From Hyphochytrium catenoides (Eukaryota > Protista > Hyphochytriomycota): a DNA stretch of 64,000 bases. The stretch lies in assembly GCA_900088475.1 (NCBI GenBank), contig FLMG01000120.1, positions 1-64,000 of the forward strand, read 5' to 3'. Positions 46,995-63,000 of the stretch are shown piece after piece (position 1 is the stretch's first letter; each line of letters opens with the position of its first letter). The position numbers and the translations under genes are program-made. The notes under the pieces were generated by a model. That model had not been told where the DNA came from and ran no database searches. It saw nothing but the letters and a program-made list of their open reading frames with translations.

Positions 46995-49595
46995 TCAAGC
47001 CTCGTCTAAACATGCAACTCCTGGCAGCTCCTTGCCTTCTAACATCTCTAGACTGGCACCTCCACCCGTAGATATGTGTGTGATGTCCTTCGCAACGCCT
47101 GCATCCTCCACTGCGGCTATCGAGTCTCCGCCACCGATGACTGTGATTGCTCCCTAAGAGCCACGAGAGGGCAAACAAATGGGCATGAGCACGTAAGAGG
47201 CAGAGCCGCATCATCAGGACAATAAGAAAGAACTAGAAAAGCCTTTTATGGGAAAGATGCAATGGCCCAGGTCCAAGCCACTTCATTGTTATGGTCCTGT
47301 GCAGGTGGAGAGAAGGAAGGAGTAGGTGATAACCGAGGAGAAGCGACTTACGCGCTTAGTGAGCTCGCCCAATAAAGCGGCGATGTGGTTGGTGCCCGCA
47401 GCGAACTTCTCAAACTCAAAAACTCCCATAGGGCCATTCCAAATGATTGTCTTGCACTCTGAGAGCTCACGCTGCAAGTACGTGCAAGGGAAAAGACGCA
47501 AAAGTTAGACAAAAAGTGAGACCGGTGATGTTAGGAAGTACCAATGAAGATTGGGTGAAGAGTGACCGGACAAGAAGAGAACGCGCGGGCTACTTCTTGT
47601 TAACCTTAAATTGCCGGACTGTCTCGGGCCCGACGTCCATTCCCGTCCAATTCTCCGGGATCTCAGAGCCAGGGACAACCTTATGAGAGGCCTCGGGAGT
47701 GTAGGACTCAGCCACGACAATGTCAGTTGGGAGGAGAATTTTTACTCCTTTCTCTTCAGCCTGGAGACAGTCAACACGTTAAGAAAGGTCCTCAGAGTGC
47801 AGCTCTCCTAAAGACTTTGTCGAGAGAGGCATGCCCGCTTCTCCGATAAGGTTACGAGAGGGCAATGGTGACGATAGCGTGAAGCACTGACATAGAGATA
47901 ATACCACGGAAGTCACATATTTCTTGAGCGCACAGAGAGGAAGGAGAGACCAAGAGCGCACTTACGGTCTTCAAAAGCTCTGCAGCCTGCTCGATCAGCT
48001 TCTCATCTACAAGGGACTTCCCTGTGTTATAACCCTAGGTGCCGGGGGATAAGCACGATTGGATAAGTTCTCTCTTGAGAGTTTCGGTGTCCATGAGACG
48101 CCTCACCTGTGCTCTATAAAGAGTAAAGACCATGCCGCCTCCAATCAGCACTTTGTCCACCTTGTTTATTAGGTTTTGCAATAACGGGAGCTTGCTTGAC
48201 ACCTGGAATGGCAGAAGAGTGTGTTGCATAATCAGCGATCCCGCAACATTATCAATCCAGAAGCGAGGCAGGGCATGCAAGAGTGAGGGGAGAAGAGAGA
48301 GAAGGAGAGAGGAGACGGAGAGAAGAGAGAAAGAGAGGGAAAGAGAGAGTAAGAGCGGAAGGGTGAAAGAGATCTAGACAACCAACCAGTGACAAATCTG
48401 AGCGGATGATGTGTACTCACTTTCCCGCCTCCAATGATGGCAGCTAGTGGCCTCTTAGGGTTATCTATCACACCGCTAAGGTATTTCAGCTCCTTCTCCA
48501 TGAGAAAGCCCGCTACCTTGTGCTTCACATGCTTAGTCACGCCCTCAGTAGACGCGTGGGCCCTAAGAGAGCGGGAAGATCAAAAGGGGAACGATGAGAT
48601 TTAGGTGTCAGATCATCAAAAGAGGCGATCTCGCCTTAGCTTACGCACCTGTGGGCAGTGCCAAAGGCATCGTTGACATAGATATTCGCAAGAGAGGCCA
48701 ACTGAGCTGCAAAATCTGGGTCATTCTCTTCCTCTCCAGGATGGAAGCGTACATTCTCGAGTAGCACTACGTCGCCATCAGTCATGCTCTCAATCTCCTT
48801 CTCAACCTACAGAGCAATCTGATAAGAACAGGACTAAAGAGACAACGCAGAGGAAGGAGAGAAGCGAAGGAGAGAAAGCAGGAGAATATCTTCTATCGCC
48901 ATGACGAGCGACACGAGAAATAGCTTTCCAGAAGGTAGAAGGGCTAGGAGAGAAAGAAGGAGGACTAGCCTACATCAGGGCCTACGCAGCCCTTGACTTT
49001 CTTAACAGGACGGTCCAGAAGTTCAGAGAGACGGGTAGCCACTGGATCCAGGCGCAGAGTTTCAACCACTTTCCCGTCAGGTCGTCCCAGATGGCTACAG
49101 AGAATAACCTTGAATGGTGGAAGACGTTAGAATGGCAGGGGAGAGAGGCTCTCAGAGCCAAAGTCAGGCTACCTTCGCTCCCTGGTCCATGAGAAGCTGG
49201 ATTGTTGGCAGAGAGCTCCGAATGCGTGTGTCGTCTGTGATTTTCTGCATGTTTTCTTTCTTACTGATAGGAACATTTAGGTCTGCCCTGACAAGCACTC
49301 TCTGACCCTAGAAGCACATGCAACGTGAGCCACTTGGGAGGGCAGAGGCAGCCGTAAGAGGCCAGGCGGGATAAAGCTGCCTCACGTACCTTCAGATCCA
49401 CTGCCTTAGCCAGGTCTTCCACTGTCTGCTTTCTTGCCATAAGGCTGGAGGAGTGGAAGTATCTTGGCGCCTCATGGTTCCAGAGCTGCATCGTACCGTC
49501 AGCCCTAGCATTGCTCTTCTCAAGAGAGAGACTAGAAAGATTCTTACCAGGCTCAAGGCTCGCCGGCCACCTAGAAACTGTCTTCTGCCTAACAT
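46995..49595 (-). CDS. PGK: Phosphoglycerate kinase with predicted mitochondrial presequence, about 10 introns
   Basis: [39 protein letters not shown]|[47 protein letters not shown]. The N-terminal extension is [16 protein letters not shown]|[19 protein letters not shown]. Confidence 0.97.
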
Positions 49596-49964
49596 TGTTC
49601 GAGCTGCTGAAGGGAAAAGGACGAAGAGACAACGGACACGGCTCTGGCCGGAAGTGCGAACGAGAGAGACACAGGGGCACTACGCCTTATGACAGATCTT
49701 TCTGCCACTAGGCATGCGACAGTACCAGCCCTTGTCTCTCGCTGTGGCCGTTCTCTCCCTTACCGAACTGTGTCGTCCAACACGTCAAGCCGCGCAGTTA
49801 GGGCTTATAGCAGGGGATCAGAGGACCCACACAAGTGCAAGAACATACGATTCTTCTGCGGTCGCTCTTTGCAGCGTGCTAGGCAGGGGAAGAACCGGAA
49901 GAGCTCGTTGAGGATGGAGACGAGAAGCGGCAAAGGAAGTGTGAGACAGGAAAAAGGATGAGCG

Positions 49965-50193
49965 AGCGGGAGAGGGAGAGAGAGAGAGAGAGGTGTGGCG
50001 AGGAGAGAGACAGAGAGAGGGAAAGAGAGAAAGAGAGAGACAGCGAGAGAAGGAGAGAAAGAGAGGGAGAAGAGAGAGACAGAGAGAGAGAGGGATAGAG
50101 AAAGAGTGAGAAAGAGAGAGAGACCGAGGAGAGAGAGAGCGTGACGAAGAGAGAGAGAGAGAGAGAANNNNNNNNNNNNNNNNNNNNNNNNNN

Positions 50194-50223
<30 letters not shown>
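49965..50223. repeat. GA-rich imperfect microsatellite containing an assembly gap
   Basis: (GA)n and purine tract with an N run at ~50168-50193, in the divergent PGK/CUEDC2 intergenic region. Confidence 0.9.
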
Positions 50224-50227
<4 letters not shown>

Positions 50228-50774
50228 CTGGACCATAGCGCACGTCAAAGAAAGTGGCTGGAAAGAAAAGATGAGAAAGAAATCCAAGAGCAGGGCGAGG
50301 GAGAGGTGGGGGAGAGGAGAGAGAGAAGACAGACAGGAGCCCTCACTCCTGGGGGAGATCCATAAGAAGATCTCTTCCACCCAAGAAACCCGCTCCTGGA
50401 GAAGATCTGAATCTCCTATCAATCATTTTTCCTGTCTTAGGAATACAAGGCATTCTCATTCTGAATCTCACCCATATTCGGTCTGAAGAAGGAGAAAGGG
50501 AAAAGACACAGGAACCGAAGAACGCGGGAAACTCAAAAAGAGGCCGGAAGAAAGTGCGTCACATCCCAGGCGCCTCATGACAGTGTTGAGAGCTCGAAGC
50601 CTCGATGGCAAGCTTCAAGCCCATCTGTCCGACAGAGGAGGACAGCGCCGAAGAAGAACGCCATTCCATAGAGCTACCTGTCTATACTCTTCCCCGGGCA
50701 TGGGACAGCAGTATCAAGCTGTTGGCCCTGAAAGGAAAGAACCTAGTATATCGCCACAATAAAGGTTGAGCGAA

Positions 50775-51845
50775 ATGGCTCCTAGCCAAGACGACGTAGC
50801 CAGTAGAGTTCGCCAATGTCTCTTCGACATTGACCACAATCTGCCTCTTGATGATGCCATCGTAGACTATCTGGCAGGTACCGGCATTCAATAGAGGTCA
50901 GCCTTCGTCCTGTAATCCCTAACTGCCTCTGTCAGGCATTATTTCGACAGATGATGCGCCTCTCGCGGCAGATATTGCTCAGGTGACGATTGGTTTCCTG
51001 CCAGAGCTAGAAGATCGATTTGAGCAGCTCGAGAGCAGTTTGGCAGCCGTCATTGACGCTATAGCGCAAGTCAAAAAAGCGAGAGAGGCGGAAGGTGTGA
51101 TCCTTAATTCTACAATACTCACACGTCGTTGATGCTCATCTCGGCATTCCTGGTCTCTACAGAGGAACGAAAGAGACGAGCGGAGGCCAAGAAAAGGCTG
51201 AGAGATTCCTTGAATAAGTAAGTATGCGTTGTGGCTTACGCCTTGGAATGACACGTGGGCTAACTAAGAGGGCCACCCTCCCTTACTTAACCAGAGAGAA
51301 TGTGGATGTCACTCCCGACCTCCGATGCCTGCAGGAGCTATCACCTCAAACTCCATTGGCCGTGTTAGCTTTCCTCTTCCGAGAGAAATTCAATGGCGAT
51401 AAGGAGCGAGTAGCGCTCTTTTTAGTAGAGGAAGGGGACAAAGAGGCACGACAGCTCTATGAAGATTATCAGGTACATCATATATTAGTCCAGAAGAGCC
51501 CCACGTTTGCGACTAACGAGACCTTACGGCTGGTGATATAACTAGGAGGAGAAAAAGAGACAAGAGGAGAAAGAAAGAAGAGAATGGGAGGAGAAGCAGG
51601 AAGCGCTTGCCCCTATGAAGAACAAAATAGTAGGGCGTTATGCCGATCAAGTGGACGAGCAACGGGTTCATCGCCCTGTAGTCTCATGGCAGACAGCTCC
51701 CAAACGTCAGGAGCGTTATCATAACAACAGAGTCGTTTCGACAACGGGCCAAAAGGTCATCATTGAGAATCTCAAAGAAGAGTGGGACGGTGGCTCGCGA
51801 GGCAGGGTGAAGACAAAGGGCAAACGCGGCAAAGGATGGATCTAA
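50775..51845 (+). CDS. CUEDC2: CUEDC2-like protein, multi-exon
   Basis: N-terminal LDDAIVDYLA|GII, a degenerate CUE-like segment (LQELSPQTP...F.GDKERVALFL), and a C-terminal KNKIVGRY...VHRPV...APKRQERYHNNRVVSTTGQK matching the CUEDC2 tail pattern. Confidence 0.7.
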
Positions 51846-52057
51846 AAGCGTTTGCACGGCGCACAGAGAACTAAGGGACGGGATGGATGAAGAGAAGGAT
51901 TCCTCGCTTGAAACTAAAAGGTAGAGCAGGTCTTCTATATAAATAGACTGTCACAGGCTAAGAGAGTAGCAACAGAGAGTGTACCATAATCACCTTCTTA
52001 TAATTAGACACATGGCCCTAAACGGTAGGCGCCTATCACCTTGTAGAAAGAGATGCT

Positions 52058-54185
<2,128 letters not shown>

Positions 54186-54418
54186 TTAGATCCTCTGTCG
54201 CTTCTCCTGTCTTTGAAAGTCTTTGGCGCACTGAGGCGATTCCCGATGGCAAGCAACGAAAGATGATTGGCAGGCGAGCAGCACCCGAGGTATTTCCTTG
54301 AGGCGAAAGAGGTTGGGAAGGAGAGGCAGCGCCGTGGTGATCACTGGGCCGCCACTGGGTCGATCTCCTTTGTCTCCTCTCCTTGCGTTACCATGGTACC
54401 TTGTAAGACCTACATGCT

Positions 54419-54619
54419 ATCTCTCTCTTTCTCTTTCTCTCTCTCTCTCTCTCTTTTCTACTTCTTTCTTGTTTTAGTTGTCTCTGCTTTCTCCCTTTCT
54501 CTACCTCTGTCTCTCTCTCTCTCTCTCTNNNNNNNNNNNNNNNNNNNNNNNNNNNNNNNNNNNNNNNNNCTCTCGCTCTCTCTCTCTCTCTCTCTCTCTG
54601 TCTCGCTCTCTCTCTCTCT
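54419..54619. repeat. (CT)n-rich microsatellite containing an assembly gap
   Basis: Pyrimidine dinucleotide tract with an N run at ~54529-54569. Confidence 0.9.
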
Positions 54620-55455
54620 GTGGCGATCTTCGCTTCTGTTCGCCACAGATCCCACAAGAGAAGAAGATCGAGGGCACCTGGCAGTAGTAATGCCACATAT
54701 GATACAAATAAATGACTGCAATAGCATATTATTGATGTGGCACGATGATGCATTGGTCCTCCTCCTGCCCAATTAAAATCCAGGGGTGAAAGGTAACAGA
54801 GATATCCCTGATAGCACAGCGCAGTATAGGTATTCTAAGGAATAAATTGACTCTTTATCAATAACCATCGTTACGACATCGCGGGGCGGGTGGGCGATGT
54901 TGTAGTTGAGACGGGTGGGTTGTGCCTCAAGCTGTTGATGCGAAGCTCGGCGGCGGCGAAGTTTCCTGACAAAAGATCGGAGCTGCTGCGCCTCCTCCTC
55001 CGGCCTGAGAGTCAGGCGCCTCCGTCCGTCCTCTTCCTCTTCATCCTCTTCCTCCTGCTGCTGCTGATGCTGATGATGATGATGATGATGAAGCGCAACA
55101 GCCGCGGCGTCGAAGGAGGGCGGAGCTCGGGAAAGGAGTGGAGGAAGAGGTGGTGCAGGCAGAGGACAGGATTGGCGGGAACGGATCGGGCAAAGGTCAT
55201 ATCCTCCTATGGCTAGACCTGGAGGAAGGATTACCTCGTGGAATGGAAGCCAGCGGGTAAGAAAGGCTCCACCATCAAGCAGCGAGGGGCAGTCCTGCAC
55301 CACCAGCAGGTCCTGGCAAGCTCACAAGTCTTGACGGAGCAAGGCAATGCCAAGTGTCAAGGCCTTTCCTTTGCAAGTAGGCCCGTCATGTGTGCTAGCC
55401 TCTCCTGTTACCTTCCTATGCACCTGGCAAACGCTGGTGGCGTGCTTCTATATCT

Positions 55456-58400
55456 CTATGTCGCCCACTGTGTCTCCCCAGTGATAGCGTTGTACCAATA
55501 CTTCCGCGAAGTCTGCTGATCTACGTACTCAATCCAGTCCCCACTTGCGGCTCCTTGGGAGATTAAGCTAGAAGCGCTAGCTACGGAAGGCAGCAACGGG
55601 CTTTGAGGCTGGAGCCCTAGACCAGGAAGCTGCACACCACCCGGACCTGCTGGCATTCTGATTGCTCCAGCCATGGCAGGCGGGTAGTAAGACACTTCCC
55701 TGGTGGTTGGCTGGTACCAGTAAGGCATCCCGTTCGCATCAACTGTCTGGACCCAGCCGCCCAGAGCGGTAGACTGTGCGCTACCAGGGACCATGAGAAG
55801 TCCCGCAGGCGGATGCTGCATCAGCATCGAGGGCGCTTGCAGCATCACTGGAGGCAGGCCGCCAAGTCCTCCAACACCTCCACGCATGGCGACATGATTA
55901 TCAGAATCGTAATCGGTCACCTCTCCTGCAGACAAACAGAGATTTTGAGTGACAGACAGATGATGGCGCTGGAGAGACAGAGTACCGTGGCGACAAGGAA
56001 GAGCTACTCTCTGCATGGGAGAGAGGCCAGTAACTAGAGAAAGCATAGAACGGCCAGAGAGAGAGACTGTGTGACGGAGTCAAATGGAAACCTCTTTGGC
56101 ATTCGGCCTTACCAGCAGTGTTATAGCCGTCCGAGGCATAGTGCTGGCCGGGCCGGGTCCAGCTGGCCTCCTGTGTCCTGGTGTTAAAGTAGTAGAAAGC
56201 CTGGGCAGCGTCATCCCAGTATTCAATCCACTCTTCTCCTTCTGCGTGCATTCATTGCGGAGAGACGAATGTGGAGAGACGGATCGGAGAGAAAGCGGAG
56301 CAGGATGAAAGGCAAAGCAGAAGGGGAGCGAGGAGAGAGTTAGTTAGCAAGATTTCGCGAAAGAGGAGAACAGAGAGAAGGGAAAAGGAGAGAGAAAAAG
56401 AGAGAGAGAGAAGGAGAGAGAGAGGATGAGAGGGAAAGAGCGAGAGAGGATGAGAGGGAAAGAGAGAGAGAGAGAGAGAAAAGGGAAAGCGACACGATCA
56501 GGTTCCCACCAGAAGTGGGTCTTCCGGTGACTGTCCCGCCACTTGGCTTTGGAGGCCCCAACCCCTGCTCCCTCCGCTTAGCCAGGATCACTGCAGGTCC
56601 GCTGGTGCTTCTCGTGATATAACCGCGCGCGGCAGCCTACAGAGACAGCAGGAACAGGAGTTGTCAGGTCCCGGTAAGATGCCCATGAATAGAAAGGAGA
56701 GAAGAGAAGAGAGAGAAAGTTTTGACAGCTGTAGTACTTAGAACAAATAACAGCTAATCACGTTGTGCAGCGACGAGTTAATCAGTCTTTGTGCATTCGG
56801 ACCAAGAGAGGAGAGAAAGAGGATAACTCGTGCACAGATGGACGGGCGGGAGTGATGAAGAATGTTGAAGAGAAGAAAGAGACGGGAAAAGTTAAGCGAA
56901 AGACTTGGGGGAAGAAGAAGGAGAGAAAAGGAGAAAGAAGAGCTCTTTTGAGGCACCTGGATTCTAATCGCCGCCTGTTGGATTGCCTCCTTCTCCTTCT
57001 TATCCTTTCGGCGCCTTAATTCCTTCGTGGCGAGATGCTTTCGGACTCCAGCTTGTATCCTGGTGGCCGCTGCCGACTTCTTTCTATGCTCTTTCCTCTT
57101 TTCTCTCTCTCTCTCTTGAGCTTGCGACAGTACGAATAGCTCCTGTTGGTGCCGCCTCTCTGCCATCAGGACTTCTGCTTTCCGCTGTGCCTGCCTCATT
57201 TTAACTCGTGTCTGAATCTTCACGGCTGCCTTGTGTTTCTCCTGTTGCTGACGATGAACTCTCTCCCTCTCTTTCTCTCTTTCCAAGTGGGCGCGCTCCT
57301 CTTCCGCCCTCTTGGCTGCCCGCCGTGCTACACACATCCGCAGGAAATGCCGAATCTTGGTGGCGGCCCAAATCTTTCGCTTCTGAGCCAAACGCCGCCT
57401 CTCTTCTAGAGCGAAAGCTTTCTTCTTTCGTTGTTCTTCTCGTTCTCTTTGCATTCTCTCCTTTAACTCTTTCTCTCGGCTTCTCTCCGCTTCTTCCTGC
57501 TGTCTCATCTCCGCTTCTTCTCTCTGATTTCTCTCAATCTCAGCCTGCATCTGCTTCTTTCTCTCATCTTGAGCCCTTCTTCGGAGTTCTGCCTCTTCGT
57601 CCTGTGCTTTCTTCAGCCGTGCCGCCTCTCGCTCGACTTCGAGTTCCTTCTTACGCCCGGCCGCTTTCTCCTCTTCTTCTGCCTTCCTCGCTGCTGCATG
57701 CTCAGCGCCTTCTTCACTCAGGTCAGCGCTCTCATCGTCCGTCTCCCTCGGAGTGGATGGTACATCCACGAGCCTTCGAGAAATCTTCTTCTCTTTTCCT
57801 CGTTTGAGACCTCGACCGTGGGAGGTATCACTCTCTCCATCCAGTTTCCCTCTTTCCTCATGCTCTGGCTCGTCTTTCACTCTTCCAGAGTGTTTAGACC
57901 GTTTAGAGTCAGAGACAGAGGCACCTGACGTCTTGGAAGGTACCATTTTCCCTTTCTCTTCAAATTCAGGCTCGTCTTTCACTCTTCCAGAGTGCTTAGA
58001 CCGCTTAGAGTCAGACCCAGAAGCACCTGACGTCTTGGAAGGTCCCATTTTCCCTTTCTCTTCAAAGTCAGGCTCGTCTCTCACTCTTCCAGAGTGTTTA
58101 GACCGCTTGGAGTCAGAAGCAGAGGCACTTGACGACTTAAAAGACCCTGTCTTTCCCTTCTCTTCAAAGTCAGGTTCTTCTTTTACTCTTCCAGAGTGCT
58201 TAGACCGTTTAGAGTCAGAGCTAGAAGCTGCAGAGACCTTGTGAGACGAAGAGATAGAGCCCTGCGGCCTACCTTTGCCTTTCTCTCCTCCCAGCGTACC
58301 CAGCGCTGGCTCTTCCGCCTTGCCTGCTTGGTCAATCTTCTTGACTGGAGCCTGAAGAGTATCATGGGACATCTTTTTCTTCAGTCCACCCAGGGAGCTT

Positions 58401-59973
58401 GGATGAGGAGGAAGTTTGTCATGAGACATCTTCTTCTTCAGTCCTGGCGTGGCAGCGCTAACAGTTGATGGAGAGACAGCGGCTGGACGCGAATGGGTTA
58501 TGGAAGAATTCATAGCAGGAAGAGGTTGGTCAACGCTTGTCTGGGTTCTTGGGGAGACAGGTGGAGAGTGAGAGGGAGAAGAGAGTGGAGAGACAATGGC
58601 TGTCGGGCTCTTGGGCACGTGGGCGGCAGGCAACGGAGGAGAAGAGGGAGAGGGGAGAAGAGCGGCACGACGTTGGAGCTCTTCCTCCAGCTTGGCAGTC
58701 ATTTCTGCCTCCAGCTTCTGTCTTAGCTTCTCTTCTGCTTCTTTCCATATCTTCTCCTCCATTTCCTTGAGGCGCCGCCTTTCCTGCTCCTCTCTCTCTT
58801 TCTCTTCTCTCTCTTGTCTTTTCTTCCTCTCTTCTGCCTCCACCTGTAAATGGCGGAGTTTTTCTTGTTCTTCCTTGGCTTTCTTCTCCTCTTCTTCCTT
58901 TTGCCTCATTTCCTCTTCCTTTCTTTTCGTTTCCTCTTCCTCTTTTCTTCTCTGCTCTTCTTTCCTCGTCGTCTGCTCCAGCTCTCTCCTCCTCTCCTCT
59001 TCTATTCTCTCCGCCTCTTCTCTTCGCGTTCTCTCTTCCTTCAGCCTCCGCTCCTTCTCCTTTTGCTCCTCCTCTCTCCTTTGCTCCTCCTCCTGCCTCT
59101 TTCTACTTTCTTCTTCTCTTCGTCTCATTTCTTCTCTCTCTTTTCTCATAATTTTACACTTCCTCCGCCCCAGAAACCCTCTCCCTACTCTCTGAATGTC
59201 TTGTGCAGCGAAGCGCTGGAGCAGCCGCAGCTCCTGAGCCTTCAGCGCTCTTAGCCGCTGCTTACACTCTTGCTCCAGCTGTTGGATTCTCTCTCGACAG
59301 AGCGCGCGCGCGACGAAGGTTTGGATCTTGGTAGCGGCGCACTGCTGCTGATGGATCGCAAGCACCCGCTCTTTGCCTTTCCGCCCTCTCTCCTGGTCTG
59401 AAGAAGGCGGAGAGGTTTTTCCTAGAAAAGCAGATGCATCAGGGAGATCATGGCCAAGAACTAGAGAGCAGAGTAGGGAAAGGCCAGGGATAGCGGAACC
59501 AGAGTTAAGGAGTTAGCAGGGAGAGAGGACTGTTTGCCGCTGGGCCATACCTGCACCTGAGCCTCCCACTGCTGTTTGCTCGTGCTGTTCCCTGAAAGAC
59601 TGAAGTTGCCGTTGGAGGATGCTGTTGAAGTGAGAGAGAGAGCTCTGGGCCTTTGCCTCTCTTCCTGCTAGAACGAATCTCTCCGCGCCCTCCCGGACCA
59701 GGCTCTCAACCTGTACTTTCCGTGCCAAGGCTCTGAGACGACAGATTTCCACTTTGAAGTCCTTGCGGGTAAGAGTGGAAGAGGAAAGAGGACGAAGATG
59801 AGGAGAGACGGAGCTCGTTGGAGGGAGAGCCCCTAATTTCTTCTCCAGCGTCTGCATGGCAATCAGAACAGTGGGCGAAACCCCAGTCTCCTCGGTTGAC
59901 ACTGGGGTTAAGGAAGAGTCAGACCAGTGGTTCTCCCGCTTCTTTGCCCCGTTATTTCAACTATCCTTGACAA

Positions 59974-60004
<31 letters not shown>

Positions 60005-63000
60005 CTCTTCGTTCTGACCCGCATTCTCTCCGCCACTCTTTCTCTTTTTCGTTTACTCCGTCTCCCGCGGTCTCTTCGCCTCTTATATAGATTCTTCCAT
60101 CTGCTTACTGGTGGATGGCGCTGGAGGAGCTGCTGCGGATTCCAGAGCCGCGTCCTCCCCTTTCTGGTGAAGTTTCTTTGATGCCTGGGCTCCGTTGGCG
60201 CGCTTACTGACAGCAATATGACTCTTAGACGAAGAGGAAGGATGCGCGGCAGGCGTCCGATGTTCGACGGTTCCTCCAGTGGGCGATTGAATCTGAGTCG
60301 CCTAAAAGTGAGAGGACGAGCACATGGAGGAGAGAGAGAGAGAATTGCCACAGCGTGAGGTACCACCGGTGGGGAAAATGCAGAAAGATGATCCTGTTGA
60401 AGTCGAGATGGCAAGGGGAAGATATGTAGCTAGAGACAGTGAATCCTAATTGGCCACATTCCATTAACCCTCCTCTCTTAAACTTGATTCCTTCCTTTCT
60501 CTGATCCTTCCTCTGTCGTTTCTCTCTCTCTCTCTCTTTTATCGTCTTGTTCTCCTTACCTTCTGCCTGCGGTTGACAGGGGACCGCGGGGACGCGTCCC
60601 GGCTCTTCTGCCTCTTGTTGGACGGTGAAGCGGAGGTTCTGAGCTCCTCAGAAGAACCTGAACTAGGAACACAAGTCTTGTCTCCTTCCTCTCCTTCTTG
60701 CTCTCCTTCGCTCTGTCCTTCCTTCTTCTCTCCTTCTTTGTCTCTTTGTTTTTCTTCTTCGTTATGATTCTCTCTCTGTCCCTCTTTCTCCCCATCAGAG
60801 GTCTCCTGCACAACCTTTGAGGAAGGAAAAGCAATAGAGCAGCTGGTGGAAGAGAGGCTGCCTCGATCATGTGGAGAGGACAGGGAGAAGACGGCAGGAG
60901 TAGTCTTCTTTTGACTAGTCACCGCTCTCTCTTCCTCCTTTCTTTTTAGGGCAGTTTGGCGGTATCGTCTCCTTGCTTGTCGGCCTCTATCAGGAGAGAG
61001 CGGGATAAGAAAAGGTAGGAGATAGGCACAGAGACTGACTGCCAGCGGAAGATAGGGGGAAAGAGGAAGCGGAAGGCACGAGAGGGAGGAAGAGAGGGTT
61101 CCCTGGACGCAAGAAAAAGAGGGAGAGATTGCGGGAGAAGAGAATAGAAGATAACCTTTCGTGAGCCTGAAGCAGGGTAACGGCGTCCTTCTCTTGTTGA
61201 CGTCTGGCTTCTCTCGTCTTTCTCTCTTCCCGGTAATGCTTGCGGGTTCGGTAGCCTCGGAAGCGGCTCTGAATCTTCATGGCAGCCTGTCGTCTCTCTT
61301 TCTTCCTTGCCACGATTCGCTCTTTTTCAGCCTGTGTCTGCTCGTTGCTCACCGCTTCTCTCCCATCTTGCCGTCTCTTTTCTCTGAACTCCTTAACTTT
61401 CTTCCTCGTTTGTCTTCCCCTGACGACCCTCTGGATCATGATCGCAGCTTGCCGCCTCTCTCTTTCTTTCTCTCTCTTCCGGATCCTCTTGTTAACAAGG
61501 CGACGGCGATAGCAGAGTTGGATCTGCGTGGCTGCCCTGGCTTTCTGTCTCTCATTTCGCCGTTCCCAGGTAGCTAGGCGCGCATGGTGGCCTAGAAAGA
61601 AGAGAAAACGCACAGAGACAGAGAACTAAGACGCGAGGGCCATGGCGCCATGGGGGAGAATTAGCAGAGGAAGGTGAGAGAGAGAGAATAGAAACAGGCA
61701 GAGAGATACACTCAAGTGGAGAAAGAGATAGAGTAATGCTGATGACCCCAGGGCAAAATGCTTTGCGGAAGAGAGAGAAAAGGAATTTGGAAGAAAGGAT
61801 GGCAACTGCCTTGTAAAGAACCACAGGAGAGAGAAAGACAGGAGATAGAGGGAAGAAAGCGGAGAGAGAGAGAGAGAGAGACACTTGTGCTTTACCTCTA
61901 ATTAGCGCCTGAATCTTGGTGGCCGCTAGGTGGATTTCCTTCATTCTCTCTCTCTCTCTCCCCTTCCATCGACACGTCAACCTTCTCCACGCCTTCTGGA
62001 TCCTGGATGCCGCTTGAACCTCCAGGATATCGCGCCTCAGGCGGTGAACTCTTTGTCTGGCGATGAAGCCGCGAGCAACCTACATGATGACACACAGACG
62101 AAGCAAGAGAGAAGGAGAAAGAGAGAGAGAAAGAGAGGCAAATGCGTTCAAAAGGAGAGAGAGAGAGAGAGGAAGACGTGTCCTTCAGCTAGGGCCCTAT
62201 TTTATCAATGGAATCAGAAAGGGAAAGACAGTCGGTGGGACAAGGCACGAGACACCCACTAGAGAAGGAGAGAAAGAAGTCAAGCGACTCTGACCACGAA
62301 TCATGGAAAGGTACTTAAGGTAAGAGGCAGAGGAGCCGAGAGTCCATGTGAGAGACAATGGCAGAGTGCAAGAAGCAAGAAACGACGCGAAAGAGAGAGA
62401 GCTCAATCGCTTTCCTTACCCTATTAATATTCGTGGCATAGCCAGAATGTCTCTGCTGCCAAGCTCTCTTCCTCACTAGGAAAGAGCGGAGGATCCTCTG
62501 CAGCTCGATCGCTGCGCTCTCTTCTTCCTCCATTCTCTGGAGCACGCGGTGGCCCTGCAGCAGGGACCAAGCCCCAAGGTACAATCGACGGCTCCAACGC
62601 TTACGGAACCGCGCGCAGATGCGGGACGCCTGAAGGCGAATAGAGGGCAGGAGACGGACCAGACGCCGAAGAAGAGCAGGGAGATAGATATGGTAAGAGG
62701 GCTGAATAGCTAATTGAAGAGCTGAGGACCTGAGTCTAAGTGTCAATCAGAGAAGAGAGAGGGAGAGAGAGAGAGACGTGAAGAGAGACTTACCTGTTTC
62801 TTCATCAAGCTCTCGGCTAACTTCATCTTCTTATCCATGATCACCATCCGCTTCCATGCCTTCCAAGCACGAGCTATACGCGCGTGCTCCATCTTTATGA
62901 AAAGTTGCTGATATTCATAAGGACGAGAAGCAGACGAGAGGACAGCGCGTTGTATGTGAGACCTCGGCACAGGGCCAAAGAAGAAATAAGGGCGAAAGTG

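Noticed and set aside
49805-50422. LSLSLS/RERERE ORFs (also 25529-25938 and 54267-54776)
   Set aside because: Translations of (GA)n/(CT)n microsatellites spanning assembly gaps.
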